This document shows positions 9,867 to 19,057 of a stretch of DNA of 52,469 nucleotides, one piece after another. The notes beneath the pieces are model-generated. The model had not been told where the DNA came from. It saw only the letters and a program-made list of their open reading frames with translations, and searched no databases. The position numbers and the translations under genes are program-made. This DNA is from a virus (taxonomy: Duplodnaviria; Caudoviricetes): IMG/VR virus record IMGVR_UViG_3300032224_001181, positions 1-52,469 of that record. One strand, written 5' to 3'. Each line of letters starts with the position of its first letter. Position 1 is the stretch's first letter.

Positions 9867-10399
9867 AATTTAATTCCTCTACACTTGATATTCAATCTGT
9901 AGGAGCTCATTATATAGAAGATCTAGAATCTTCTGTAGTAGAGGTTCCCTGGGAATTGATACAACCATTTTTTACTGATTTTAAAAATATAAACGAGTAT
10001 TATCCGCTATTTGAAAAAAGTTCAATAACAGGGTTTAGACGTAAACGTATGTTTAATAGTTCGATTGTAAGAAATGACGATCTAGAAACTGTTAAATCTC
10101 TCCGACCTTATGAGAATTTTATAGCAGACTGTGCTATAATTGCACAACTAAGTAAAAATGTTCTAAAGCTCCACTACGATCAACACCATTTTGATAGCAT
10201 GACTAATCAAGAAAATATTGAAAGATTGACGTTGGTGCAAGAAAAAGTGTATAATATACATATCACAGAAAAAGGTAATCCCTATAATCTATATGATACT
10301 AAAGAAATACAAGTAACCGATTTTATCAACGGAACACCTATAGAATTATGTTACGAAGGACCGAGCCCAATATCAGTTTATGTCATTGCTAAAAATTAA
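9839..10399 (+). CDS. Hypothetical protein
   Basis: 186-aa ORF inside a tightly overlapped operon. Confidence 0.7.
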   Translation: MEQIQRHYVKFNSSTLDIQSVGAHYIEDLESSVVEVPWELIQPFFTDFKNINEYYPLFEKSSITGFRRKRMFNSSIVRNDDLETVKSLRPYENFIADCAIIAQLSKNVLKLHYDQHHFDSMTNQENIERLTLVQEKVYNIHITEKGNPYNLYDTKEIQVTDFINGTPIELCYEGPSPISVYVIAKN

Positions 10400-11255
10400 T
10401 GAATTAGATTGCATATTCATCTCATATGATGAACCAAATGCAGAATTAAATTATGCTAGGTTGCTACAGGAGGCGCCTTGGGCAAAGCGTGTGCATGGTG
10501 TTAAGGGTAGTGATGCGTGTCATAAGGCGGCGGCCAATCTAAGTGAAACAGAATGGTTTGTCACTGTAGACGCAGACAACATTGTTAATCCCAAGTTCTG
10601 GGATTTAGAAATTGATCTAGGTCAGTATCCAAATGCTCAAGCATTTAATTGGCCGGGGCGCAACAACATCAACGGCTTGCGCTACGGCAACGGCAGCCTT
10701 AAGGCATGGCGCAAGGACTTTGTGCTTAATATGAAAACACACGAGGCCGCAGAAGAAGATAAAGGACAAGTAGACTTTTGTTGGGAAGCAGGATACTATC
10801 CGCTTATTGTCAGCTACTCTGATACTGTCATAAACACAACACCACTACAAGCATGGCGAGCAGGATTCCGTGAAGGTGTAAAGATGTGCTTAGATCGCGG
10901 CCTACGATTAGAACAAGGCAAGACCGCTAAAGAAGTAATCTGGTGGGAAAACCTACATAGACTAAAGCAGTGGCTCACATTGGGCATACATGCCGATCAA
11001 GGTGCATGGGCAATAGCCGGTGCATGGCAAGGCGTTCACCTTACTATGTGTACTGATTGGGACATTACCAATGTTCGGGACTTTGAAATTCTAAATGAAA
11101 TGTTTGATAAAATATTTAGAACAGATCCATTAGAACTAATTCAAATGTATCAAACAAAAACAAAAGATTTTATTAGTGTGCCTGTTCTTAATGCAGATAC
11201 AAGCGCATACGTAGTAAACACCTTCGACGAATTTTACAGGCTCAATCGTGTATGA
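10380..11255 (+). CDS. Glycosyltransferase-like protein (DxD)
   Basis: FISYDEPNAE, HKAAA, VTVDADN, YGNG, AWRAGFREGVK; paralog of next gene. Confidence 0.6.
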   Translation: MSLLKINELDCIFISYDEPNAELNYARLLQEAPWAKRVHGVKGSDACHKAAANLSETEWFVTVDADNIVNPKFWDLEIDLGQYPNAQAFNWPGRNNINGLRYGNGSLKAWRKDFVLNMKTHEAAEEDKGQVDFCWEAGYYPLIVSYSDTVINTTPLQAWRAGFREGVKMCLDRGLRLEQGKTAKEVIWWENLHRLKQWLTLGIHADQGAWAIAGAWQGVHLTMCTDWDITNVRDFEILNEMFDKIFRTDPLELIQMYQTKTKDFISVPVLNADTSAYVVNTFDEFYRLNRV

Positions 11256-11949
11256 TCTAATTTTTATCAGTTATGGAGAACCAAACGCTGAAGAAAACTA
11301 TCAGCAGGTTAAATCACGATTTCCTTTAACTAAACGTGTTAAAGATGTTAAGGGTATACATCAAGCACACATTAAGGCCGCACGTATGAGCTTTACTGAA
11401 ATGTTTTGGGTAGTCGACGGCGATGCACAAATACTAGATTCTTTTAACTTTGATTACAAAGTACCAGAATGGGATTTAGAATGTGTGCATGTGTGGCGCA
11501 GTCGCAACCCGCTTAATAATTTAGAATATGGTTACGGTGGAGTCAAATTGCTCCCTAAGAAACTTACTCTAGCAATGGACTTAACTAAACCTGATATGAC
11601 TACCAGTATCAGCTCTAAGTTTAAGGCTATGGAAAAAGTTAGCAATATTACAGCCTTTAACACAGATGCATTTAGTACATGGCGTAGTGCTTTTAGAGAG
11701 TGTGCTAAACTTGCCAGTAAAACTATAGATGGGCAAGTGTCTGCAGAAACTGAAGCTAGATTATATTTTTGGTGTCAGTTGAATAATCATGTTCCGTTCG
11801 GCGCACAAGGATATGCAGGAGCACTGGCTGGCAAGAAATTTGGCCTCGAGCATCTTAGCGAAATAAGTAAGATTAACGATTACACATGGTTAAAGGAACA
11901 GTATGAAACGACTTTTAAGAATATTAATGACTCCCTGGCAGTGGTATAA
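11248..11949 (+). CDS. Glycosyltransferase-like protein (DxD)
   Basis: GTG start; FISYGEPNAE, WVVDGDA, YGYGGVKL, WRSAFRECAKL. Confidence 0.6.
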   Translation: MYDLIFISYGEPNAEENYQQVKSRFPLTKRVKDVKGIHQAHIKAARMSFTEMFWVVDGDAQILDSFNFDYKVPEWDLECVHVWRSRNPLNNLEYGYGGVKLLPKKLTLAMDLTKPDMTTSISSKFKAMEKVSNITAFNTDAFSTWRSAFRECAKLASKTIDGQVSAETEARLYFWCQLNNHVPFGAQGYAGALAGKKFGLEHLSEISKINDYTWLKEQYETTFKNINDSLAVV

Positions 11950-12004
11950 AGATCGTCAGCGTATTAAAGAATTACGCCAGCGAGACCCATTCATTTACAA
12001 ATGA
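11903..12004 (+). CDS. 33-aa basic peptide ending DPFIYK, coupled to carbamoyltransferase (not in ORF track)
   Basis: AAGGAA RBS; MKRLLRILMTPWQWYKDRQRIKELRQRDPFIYK; TGA overlaps the ATG of 12001; fills the only gap in the operon. Confidence 0.75.
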   Translation: MKRLLRILMTPWQWYKDRQRIKELRQRDPFIYK

Positions 12005-13482
12005 TTACCTGGGGGATATCGGCCAATAGTCACAATGCGGCAGTTGCTGTATTTGATGGTGATCGGCTGATATTTGCTACAGAAACAGAACGTTGGTCTG
12101 GAGTTAAAAATGACCCGCATTTAGCTTCCGACTTGCACTATTACCTACATACTAAATCACTAACACCTAGTAAAATTATTTGGTACGAGAAGCCTTTACT
12201 AAAAACACTTAGACAGCTAGAAGCCGGACAGGGGCTAAATCTAAAAGAAAACAATATTAGACGATACATAAAAAAACACTTGTTTTCTTTACCAATAGAA
12301 TATGTTAGCCATCACCGTGCTCACGCGGCGGCCGGCTACTACACATCAAAGTTCGATGATGCGTGTGTTTTAGTTATTGATGCGATCGGTGAATACGAAA
12401 CACTTACTATTTGGAAAGGTCAAGGAGATAATCTAATTAGAGTATACAATTTAGATTATCCTAATAGCCTAGGACTATGGTACAGCGCAATGACACAGCG
12501 TTGCGGTTTGAAGCCCAACGAAGAAGAATACATCCTCATGGGCATGGCCGCATACGGCGATCCTAAGAAACATTTTACTAGGATACTAACAGACTTCTTT
12601 CAGTTTCCTAATGATGATTACAATCATATATTTCGATTAAAACAAAATGTACATCGTGGTTGTAAAGATTGGGCTCCTGAGCTAACCACAGAACAAGACT
12701 TGTTTGATATTGCGGCCGCAACACAAGCAGTATACGAATTGGTATTTGAAAGGGTATTACAATACGCTTTACAAATGGTGCCTAGCAAGAATTTAGTGTT
12801 CATGGGAGGATGCGCATTAAACTGTTCAGCAAATCCTATAGCATACAAATATTTTGACAACATGTGGATTATGCCTGCACCCGGGGATAGCGGAAGTGCG
12901 ATAGGAGCTGTGCTGGCCAAGCTAGGTAAACATATAGAGTGGACAGGCCCTTATCTAGGGCATGATATAGGTACCAGGCACAACAACCATAATATCCTGA
13001 ACGAATTGCTAACATCTGGGATATGTGGGGTAGCTAGAGGATCTGCCGAGTTTGGTCCAAGAGCATTAGGCAATAGAAGTCTACTTGCAGATCCAAGAAC
13101 TATTGAAATAAAGGAACGTGTGAATGATATCAAACAACGACAACAATTTAGGCCATTTGCGCCAGCAATTTTGGAAGACTTGGCTCATTATTACTTTGAT
13201 ATCCCTGGCAACGGCAGTAGTCCTTATATGCAAGTGGTCGCTCGTTGTAGGAATCCTGAGCTATTTCCTGCTATCGTTCATATTGACGGCAGTAGTCGTG
13301 TACAGACTGTATCAAAGCGAGATAACCCCGAGTTCTACGAATTATTAGTAATATGGTATAAGGCTACAGGATGTCCGATGCTGTTAAACACCAGCTTGAA
13401 CATCAAAGGCAAACCAATGGTTAATGATACAGATGATGCGTTAGAATTTCAAAACACCTATAATGTCAAGGTGTTTATGTAG
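12001..13482 (+). CDS. Carbamoyltransferase, CmcH/NodU/TobZ family
   Basis: HHRAHAA, VIDAIGE, LMGMAAYG, GGCALN, PAPGDSG, EFGPRALGNRS, FRPFAP, LLNTSLN. Confidence 0.95.
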   Translation: MITWGISANSHNAAVAVFDGDRLIFATETERWSGVKNDPHLASDLHYYLHTKSLTPSKIIWYEKPLLKTLRQLEAGQGLNLKENNIRRYIKKHLFSLPIEYVSHHRAHAAAGYYTSKFDDACVLVIDAIGEYETLTIWKGQGDNLIRVYNLDYPNSLGLWYSAMTQRCGLKPNEEEYILMGMAAYGDPKKHFTRILTDFFQFPNDDYNHIFRLKQNVHRGCKDWAPELTTEQDLFDIAAATQAVYELVFERVLQYALQMVPSKNLVFMGGCALNCSANPIAYKYFDNMWIMPAPGDSGSAIGAVLAKLGKHIEWTGPYLGHDIGTRHNNHNILNELLTSGICGVARGSAEFGPRALGNRSLLADPRTIEIKERVNDIKQRQQFRPFAPAILEDLAHYYFDIPGNGSSPYMQVVARCRNPELFPAIVHIDGSSRVQTVSKRDNPEFYELLVIWYKATGCPMLLNTSLNIKGKPMVNDTDDALEFQNTYNVKVFM

Positions 13483-14242
13483 TCCAACCAAAAGATTTCA
13501 TTGTGGTTTTTAAACTACTGTTGTCAGGAAGCCTGTCAGAAACTTCTTGGGCAAATGTGTGATCAATGCTTACTTGTAATCCTATTACTTCCATGATTTC
13601 GTAGCTCGATGTCCAATAGCTTGCAGGCATTCTTATAACTTGTCGAGATATTGCAATATCCCGCTCCATTACTGCCGCTACTTGGCGTCGGATATCGCCG
13701 TTCTGACCAAACTCGCTTTCTAACGCTGAAACAGCTAGGCTAGGATCTAAAGCGACTCCTCTTACTAGAGCTATTCTGTTTTCGTCCTGACGCAATTTTT
13801 CTGCTTCCAGCAATCTAACCTGTTCTTCAGTAAGTTGCTTTTGTTCAATAACCATCTGCTGGTATTGTCTAAATGCATCTTCAGCTGTATTCTGCATCAT
13901 TTGATTTTGAAGAGCCTGTGCTTCGCTATCTTGCTGTTCACGTAATAATCGAGATGCTTCATCTCTTCCTTTTGCTAACTCATCAGCAATAGCTTCTTTC
14001 CAGTTCCACCACCAATTTTCTAATGAAAGTAGTTCTTGATATGTGCTATCTCTAGAAGTAAAATTATGTTGATATGTGAACTCTTCTCCCTCGATGAGAT
14101 AAATTAATTTTCGATTAAGATCACCATTAGGCAGGGAGTAACAAATGTAGGACAACAGATCATAAGGTAAAGACCCTTGATAAATTATTTTATCATTTTC
14201 TTCCAAGCGGAAAGCGATTAGAGAGGTTGAAATATTGTACAT
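13475..14242 (-). CDS. Hypothetical protein with central Q/E-rich coiled coil
   Basis: 255-aa ORF; Q/E/R-rich helical stretch after an ENWWWNW motif. Confidence 0.7.
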   Translation of the reverse strand: MYNISTSLIAFRLEENDKIIYQGSLPYDLLSYICYSLPNGDLNRKLIYLIEGEEFTYQHNFTSRDSTYQELLSLENWWWNWKEAIADELAKGRDEASRLLREQQDSEAQALQNQMMQNTAEDAFRQYQQMVIEQKQLTEEQVRLLEAEKLRQDENRIALVRGVALDPSLAVSALESEFGQNGDIRRQVAAVMERDIAISRQVIRMPASYWTSSYEIMEVIGLQVSIDHTFAQEVSDRLPDNSSLKTTMKSFGWTT

Positions 14243-14940
14243 TGAGATTTTATAATATTATTTGTTTCGTCTTTAAGAGATATCTGATGATTATTTTTAG
14301 CTAATACAGCATCTTGTATTGTTAAAGAATATTGCAAATTTGCAATTAGATCATCTCTGCTATGATCAAAATTAAAATTTCCTGCCCAAAAAAACTTATC
14401 GCTTATAGGATCGTATCTGAAGAAATCATCAAACGATGATGGATATCTATCCTGAGTTTGCGTAATAGCATCAAATGATCGAATTAGGTCTTCTGCACTA
14501 ACTAGATATTTGCCAAGAAAATCTAACAATGCAGATTTAAGTTGATTCTCTGGAACACTGATCAAGTTCATTAATCCTATGCCTAAGCAATTATAGGGTC
14601 GTTGTTGCTCAACGTATGTAAGGACATAGCCATGCATGTTTACTAACTCAACTAAGGTTGGTTTTTCTACCAATGTAGTCTTATTTCTTTCTGCACTTTC
14701 ACTTAATTTTTTCTTTAACTCGTAGGTATCCGTATGGTCTCCCGTAAAGATTTGATACGAACGACCGTTGTAGTCAAAATACCCTGCGTATCTAGAACTG
14801 TACAAATAGTAGCCTGTATTGGACAATTCCCACATATTGGTAGCATAAATTTCTTGTGAGGGATCGATTGTAGAATTAAAAAAAGCAGAAGCTTTCTCTG
14901 GAGTCCAATCCAACATTTTTTGTTTTAGAATATCTAGCAT
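14218..14940 (-). CDS. Hypothetical protein
   Basis: 240-aa ORF, AGGA RBS. Confidence 0.7.
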   Translation of the reverse strand: MLDILKQKMLDWTPEKASAFFNSTIDPSQEIYATNMWELSNTGYYLYSSRYAGYFDYNGRSYQIFTGDHTDTYELKKKLSESAERNKTTLVEKPTLVELVNMHGYVLTYVEQQRPYNCLGIGLMNLISVPENQLKSALLDFLGKYLVSAEDLIRSFDAITQTQDRYPSSFDDFFRYDPISDKFFWAGNFNFDHSRDDLIANLQYSLTIQDAVLAKNNHQISLKDETNNIIKSQCTIFQPL

Positions 14941-14961
14941 AATTTAAGTTCCTATCTTTAT

Positions 14962-15564
14962 TTATGCGTAGTTAAAAAGTTCAATATCGCGCTCATGTAG
15001 CTTTGCGATTGCTTTAACGCTAGAGTCGTTGAAGTATTTTTTAAATTCGTAGTGATCATAACCGCTGATGTCGGGTAAAACAGTATCACAGTTCAAGTAT
15101 TCTTGTATTATTTTAAAGTCTGATTCTAAAGTTTCTGCTTTACATACGAAATCAACGTTTTCGTCATTCACATGTATAAAATCAATCTGATTAGTAAAAC
15201 GAGTAAACCAGCGAGGAAAATTGAATTCTACTTCTGGGTTGCAATAATCAGCTACCCACTCGTTGATTGGTTTTAGATCTAGCAGTTTTTGATTATTCCA
15301 ATCTAACCAATATCCCTCTGTGCTAACTTTACGATACAGACTGTATATTCTTTGCCATGGATTACGAACAACAGTCATTGTTTTAGCATAAGGATAATAC
15401 TCTTTAACTATCCCTAAGTGAGGATGATCAATCATCCAAGGATCTGTATCATTAACATTGAAATTTGGTTTGAGCCAATCGCTAATGATTTTCTTCATAG
15501 CCATGCCAGTGCGAGGAACATGCACGTATGCTATTTCTGGAGAGGGTATGTAAAAAGTTCCCAT
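14962..15564 (-). CDS. Sulfotransferase (Sulfotransfer_2-like)
   Basis: 5'-PSB-like HVPRTG and 3'-PB-like VVRNPWQRIYSLY; E.LESDF; DIELFNY end. Confidence 0.8.
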   Translation of the reverse strand: MGTFYIPSPEIAYVHVPRTGMAMKKIISDWLKPNFNVNDTDPWMIDHPHLGIVKEYYPYAKTMTVVRNPWQRIYSLYRKVSTEGYWLDWNNQKLLDLKPINEWVADYCNPEVEFNFPRWFTRFTNQIDFIHVNDENVDFVCKAETLESDFKIIQEYLNCDTVLPDISGYDHYEFKKYFNDSSVKAIAKLHERDIELFNYA

Positions 15565-15569
15565 GAAGA

Positions 15570-15587
15570 TATTTACACATATAAATA
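15570..15587. promoter_or_regulatory. Back-to-back TAAATA boxes (-15570-15575; + TATAAATA 15580-15587)
   Basis: Divergent junction; + copy is a perfect T4 late consensus; - copy is 5 nt from the ATG at 15564. Confidence 0.65.
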
Positions 15588-15596
15588 ATCCTACTT

Positions 15597-16340
15597 ATGA
15601 ATATCGGAATATACGGAAATAGTATCTGCGAGTGGGATAGAGTTCAAGAGTTTTCTTTTATCAAAAAACTTGAAGATTTCTATTCAGCAAACATAATACA
15701 TACAGGAACTACCATGTGTTCCGAAGAACGTATATTATTTGACCTTAAAAAAACCAAAAATCTAGACCTAGCAATAATTTTTCATGCTAAAGCTAGATGG
15801 GTTTATATTCCAGCATGGCATAGAGATATTGAATCGTTAGATAGATATACCATAATTAAAAAAATACACAGTTTTCCGGGGTATAGTGAAGACCACACTT
15901 TTGATAATACAGAAGGTGAAAGTAGTATTTTAGCTACACGTCAGTGGTATCAAGATCATATAGGCGATACAAAATTTAAAGACTCTAAACTTTCTCCAGA
16001 AGAATTACTAGAAGCATTGTTACTGAATAAGAAATATATGTTTAGTTTTGAATTACAGCGTAATAGATTTTGCGGGGCATTAGTGCAAATAGATCAATAT
16101 TTGAATTTTAAACAAATCCCAGTTGTTCACTGTTTATCAGAAAAAGAATTTCACCCTGAGTGGTTTAATTTCAGTAGTGGGGTAGTTAATCATAGTATTA
16201 CAGAGATTAGAAAAATTCCTGAATACAAATCTGGATATAACTTGTCCTGCAACGGTGTAAACGAAGTAGGTAATGAGTTAATGTTTAATCAACTTATTCC
16301 ATTAATTAACGCGGCCCGTAGTAAAGTGGTTATACGCTAA
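15597..16340 (+). CDS. SGNH/GDSL-like hypothetical protein (divergent)
   Basis: N-terminal IGIYGNS block-I-like motif; the usual C-terminal His is not evident. Confidence 0.45.
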   Translation: MNIGIYGNSICEWDRVQEFSFIKKLEDFYSANIIHTGTTMCSEERILFDLKKTKNLDLAIIFHAKARWVYIPAWHRDIESLDRYTIIKKIHSFPGYSEDHTFDNTEGESSILATRQWYQDHIGDTKFKDSKLSPEELLEALLLNKKYMFSFELQRNRFCGALVQIDQYLNFKQIPVVHCLSEKEFHPEWFNFSSGVVNHSITEIRKIPEYKSGYNLSCNGVNEVGNELMFNQLIPLINAARSKVVIR

Positions 16341-16384
16341 CTGTCCAAGTTAGAGACGGAGGTTCGAATCCCCCGGCCGCTCCA
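16311..16384 (+). pseudogene. Degenerate tRNA-Gly(TCC)-like element overlapping two CDS ends
   Basis: 74 nt: GCGGCC/GGCCGC acceptor + T-CCA, TA at 8-9 equivalent, D-loop TGG, CTAAC/GTTAG anticodon stem with TGTCCAA loop, GGTTCGAATCC T-arm; has G33, a 6-bp acceptor and a T-stem mismatch. Confidence 0.75.
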
Positions 16385-17147
16385 CCCTTATTAATTTAAT
16401 AACTTGTGCCATTAGATCCCATTCCCACCACAATTTTCTAGTGTTCCACTCTCCGGGATTTGCATGATGATTATTGTGCCATCCGTCGCCTAGACTTACA
16501 ATATTTGCAATCCAGCTGTTAGTGCTCTTATCTTTAGTTTCAAAATTTCTATACCCGTGTGCATGGCCTAGAACATTAACTACACCTATTAAATGAACAG
16601 TCATGCTGGCGGGCACAACATAAACAAACAACCATAGGGCAGGATTTATTAAAAACAATATTAAAGAAAAGACAAATATGATTTTAAAATAATGATTAAA
16701 GATAAATTTGTGTATTGGTTTCTTCATTAGGTCTTTAACGTAAGCCACAGGTATATTGGGTATATCCCAATCATACCCCCACCACACTTTAATAGCCTGC
16801 ACGAGATTAAACTTTTCGTTAATATATGGACTATGCGGATCCCCTGTTCTATCTGAAGCGGCATGATGTTGTCGATGTAGTCCGACCCAACTGATAGTAG
16901 GGCCTATTGTTGATATTACACTGATTACACTTAATGTATTTTCTAACCATTGATAGGTTTTAAAACTCTTATGAGTCAACAAGCGATGTAGTGTAATTAC
17001 GCTACTTATAGGTCCTATAACTAACCAGGATATAGCCGCAATTAAAAATAGATAATATTGTTGTGTGTAGATAGCATAGATAACAGCAGGAATAGTTGCT
17101 ATATGATTAAATGCCTGTAGCAGTCTTATTTTAGTGTTTAAATTCAT
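16350..17147 (-). CDS. Delta-9-type membrane fatty acid desaturase
   Basis: His boxes HRLLTH, HRQHH, HNNHH; DPHSP; hydrophobic segments. Confidence 0.93.
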   Translation of the reverse strand: MNLNTKIRLLQAFNHIATIPAVIYAIYTQQYYLFLIAAISWLVIGPISSVITLHRLLTHKSFKTYQWLENTLSVISVISTIGPTISWVGLHRQHHAASDRTGDPHSPYINEKFNLVQAIKVWWGYDWDIPNIPVAYVKDLMKKPIHKFIFNHYFKIIFVFSLILFLINPALWLFVYVVPASMTVHLIGVVNVLGHAHGYRNFETKDKSTNSWIANIVSLGDGWHNNHHANPGEWNTRKLWWEWDLMAQVIKLIRVERPGDSNLRL

Positions 17148-17752
17148 TTACCTTCTGGCATTGCCATCCATTCTGTATGCGTAATAGTTCTTGGACTCCA
17201 GGTTGCATAGCTTCCAGGTTGTGTTTCAAAATAAACAAAGTTCTGCCAACATTTTTGTACGCTATGCGGACAAGTCTTTATATAGCCAGATCCTAGTGTC
17301 CATTTTTGATCACTGGCAGTTGCCATATGTTTACACCACACATCCCACCATCGTTTACCGCCCCTTGGTCTATTTTGCATAGTAATTAGGTATACATCAT
17401 AATTGTTTACTTTTTCTAATGCATCTATTAAACTACAGGTAACTCTAAACCCGTCTGTCATATCAGTGTGCTTCATGCGAAACTCTGGAAATGTATATAG
17501 TCGATTAATTTGTTTAGCCACGTTAGCTGGATATCGTCCGTCATTGAACACACCGCCCATTACCATAGGTTTACCGGTAGACTTTTGGTAGACTATTCCG
17601 TAGCCTGTGTGTTGCTCTACCACTAGATTTTCTGCGGTATAATTATATCTTAACCAGTTATCTTCTTCTAAACATTGCTTTCTTACATTCTCAAATTCTG
17701 GTGTAGAGCTATAGTATATTTCTATGTGTGTATCTTCTAGATTGTATCTCAT
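17144..17752 (-). CDS. Hypothetical protein, possible GNAT-like fold
   Basis: INRLYTFPEFR resembles GNAT motif A start; coupled to the desaturase. Confidence 0.4.
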   Translation of the reverse strand: MRYNLEDTHIEIYYSSTPEFENVRKQCLEEDNWLRYNYTAENLVVEQHTGYGIVYQKSTGKPMVMGGVFNDGRYPANVAKQINRLYTFPEFRMKHTDMTDGFRVTCSLIDALEKVNNYDVYLITMQNRPRGGKRWWDVWCKHMATASDQKWTLGSGYIKTCPHSVQKCWQNFVYFETQPGSYATWSPRTITHTEWMAMPEGK

Positions 17753-17759
17753 CGTGGGG

Positions 17760-17773
17760 TATTTACTTAAATA
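17760..17773. promoter_or_regulatory. Back-to-back TAAATA boxes (-17760-17765, +17768-17773)
   Basis: Divergent junction motif pair. Confidence 0.6.
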
Positions 17774-17789
17774 TTTTACTGGAGAATCA

Positions 17790-18422
17790 ATGTTAGAGCA
17801 AGCGGTAATACCATTAAATTTTAAAGTTAATTTAACTTCCTTAAAAGACTATTATCATACCTTAGTAAATGAGTATGATCACTTATGCTGGAAGTGGGAT
17901 AGACACGGGCACGAGATTACAGAAGAATGGTACAATCGTATAATATCAAATGGACCTGGATGTATATTACCTTATGGGTGGGCCATCCAAAGCAATCTAA
18001 TAGACATAAACATACCATGTCCTCCTTACAACATTAGCACTCACGCACGATGCGAATACCGTAATACAGTATTGGCATTTGGACTTGTAACAAAGCTACA
18101 AGAACTTATTCCTTATTCGTATCGCTGGAGTATGGTTGTACAGCCACCAACTGGCAAGGTATCTCGACATGTAGATCAAGGGGACGAGTATACTGCACAT
18201 ATTCCAATATATGAAGCTTCGGGATCTATTTTTAAATTTTGGGACAAGCAAGGAACCCGCAAAGACTTTGATATGAAGGCTGACGGTAGCGTTTATCTAG
18301 TGGATACAATTATAGAGCACGAAACTGAAAACTACGGAAACACTGATCGTATTGGATTGGTATTTCGTTTCAAACGAGTAGATTTACCCAAATTACTATC
18401 TCTAACAGGCGAGATATCATGA
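17790..18422 (+). CDS. AspH-like 2OG-Fe(II) oxygenase
   Basis: Start moved to ATG 17790 (GGAG RBS); RHVD..HIPI..EH.TEN..DR. Confidence 0.7.
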   Translation: MLEQAVIPLNFKVNLTSLKDYYHTLVNEYDHLCWKWDRHGHEITEEWYNRIISNGPGCILPYGWAIQSNLIDINIPCPPYNISTHARCEYRNTVLAFGLVTKLQELIPYSYRWSMVVQPPTGKVSRHVDQGDEYTAHIPIYEASGSIFKFWDKQGTRKDFDMKADGSVYLVDTIIEHETENYGNTDRIGLVFRFKRVDLPKLLSLTGEIS

Positions 18423-19057
18423 CAGTTATATACACTCCTATTGATATAGAATTTGATATTCCTGACGAACAAGAGCTTATTGATTGGTTTCATGCTAATA
18501 AAATTACAGATAACGATTACTGGGAATACAAGGAAGGAAGGCACGAATGGTGTTATGTAGCATTACGTAAAGAACCTGAAGATTGGCGCTCTTATCGTGC
18601 ATGGCTAGACTGGGCCAAAGAACGCAAACCTATTGATAATCCAAACATAGTCTTTCATCCAGGGTTTGAAGAAGCATTTCCGGGGCTTGCTAAATGTGTT
18701 CGCGAACTGCCGTTTGATCAAATTGGCACCAGTGGGTTTATCATGCAGATAGGGACTATACCTCCGCATAGAGATACTGTTTATGATATGTTAGAGCCTA
18801 GACGTTACATCATATATGTAACTGACCCCGCATACAATACATTCCATTTTATACACAAAGGAGAAAAGATCTGGCCCCAAATAGATTCTAAGTATCGATG
18901 CTTTGCATTTAATAATACTGATGTAGAACATGCCGCTGACCCTACAAATAGAACAAAGATACTGTTAAGCACTGTTGGCATTATGAATAAAGAAAAACAC
19001 GAAGTATTATTAAAACGCAGTATTGAAAAGTTTGCAGATAAGGTTATTAGAATATGA
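18419..19057 (+). CDS. 2OG-Fe(II)/cupin-type oxygenase
   Basis: IPPHRD ... FNN..VEHAA ... K facial-triad pattern. Confidence 0.6.
   Translation: MTVIYTPIDIEFDIPDEQELIDWFHANKITDNDYWEYKEGRHEWCYVALRKEPEDWRSYRAWLDWAKERKPIDNPNIVFHPGFEEAFPGLAKCVRELPFDQIGTSGFIMQIGTIPPHRDTVYDMLEPRRYIIYVTDPAYNTFHFIHKGEKIWPQIDSKYRCFAFNNTDVEHAADPTNRTKILLSTVGIMNKEKHEVLLKRSIEKFADKVIRI

Noticed and set aside
16311-16384. Reading the element as a functional canonical tRNA or as tRNA-Asp(GTC)
   Set aside because: Stem register centres TCC, and G33 plus acceptor and T-stem defects argue against a normal tRNA
17724-17789. Track's longer N-termini (17724; likewise 24343, 26148, 36785, 39347, 50480, 52170)
   Set aside because: Downstream starts have better RBS, coupling or promoter spacing and avoid long overlaps
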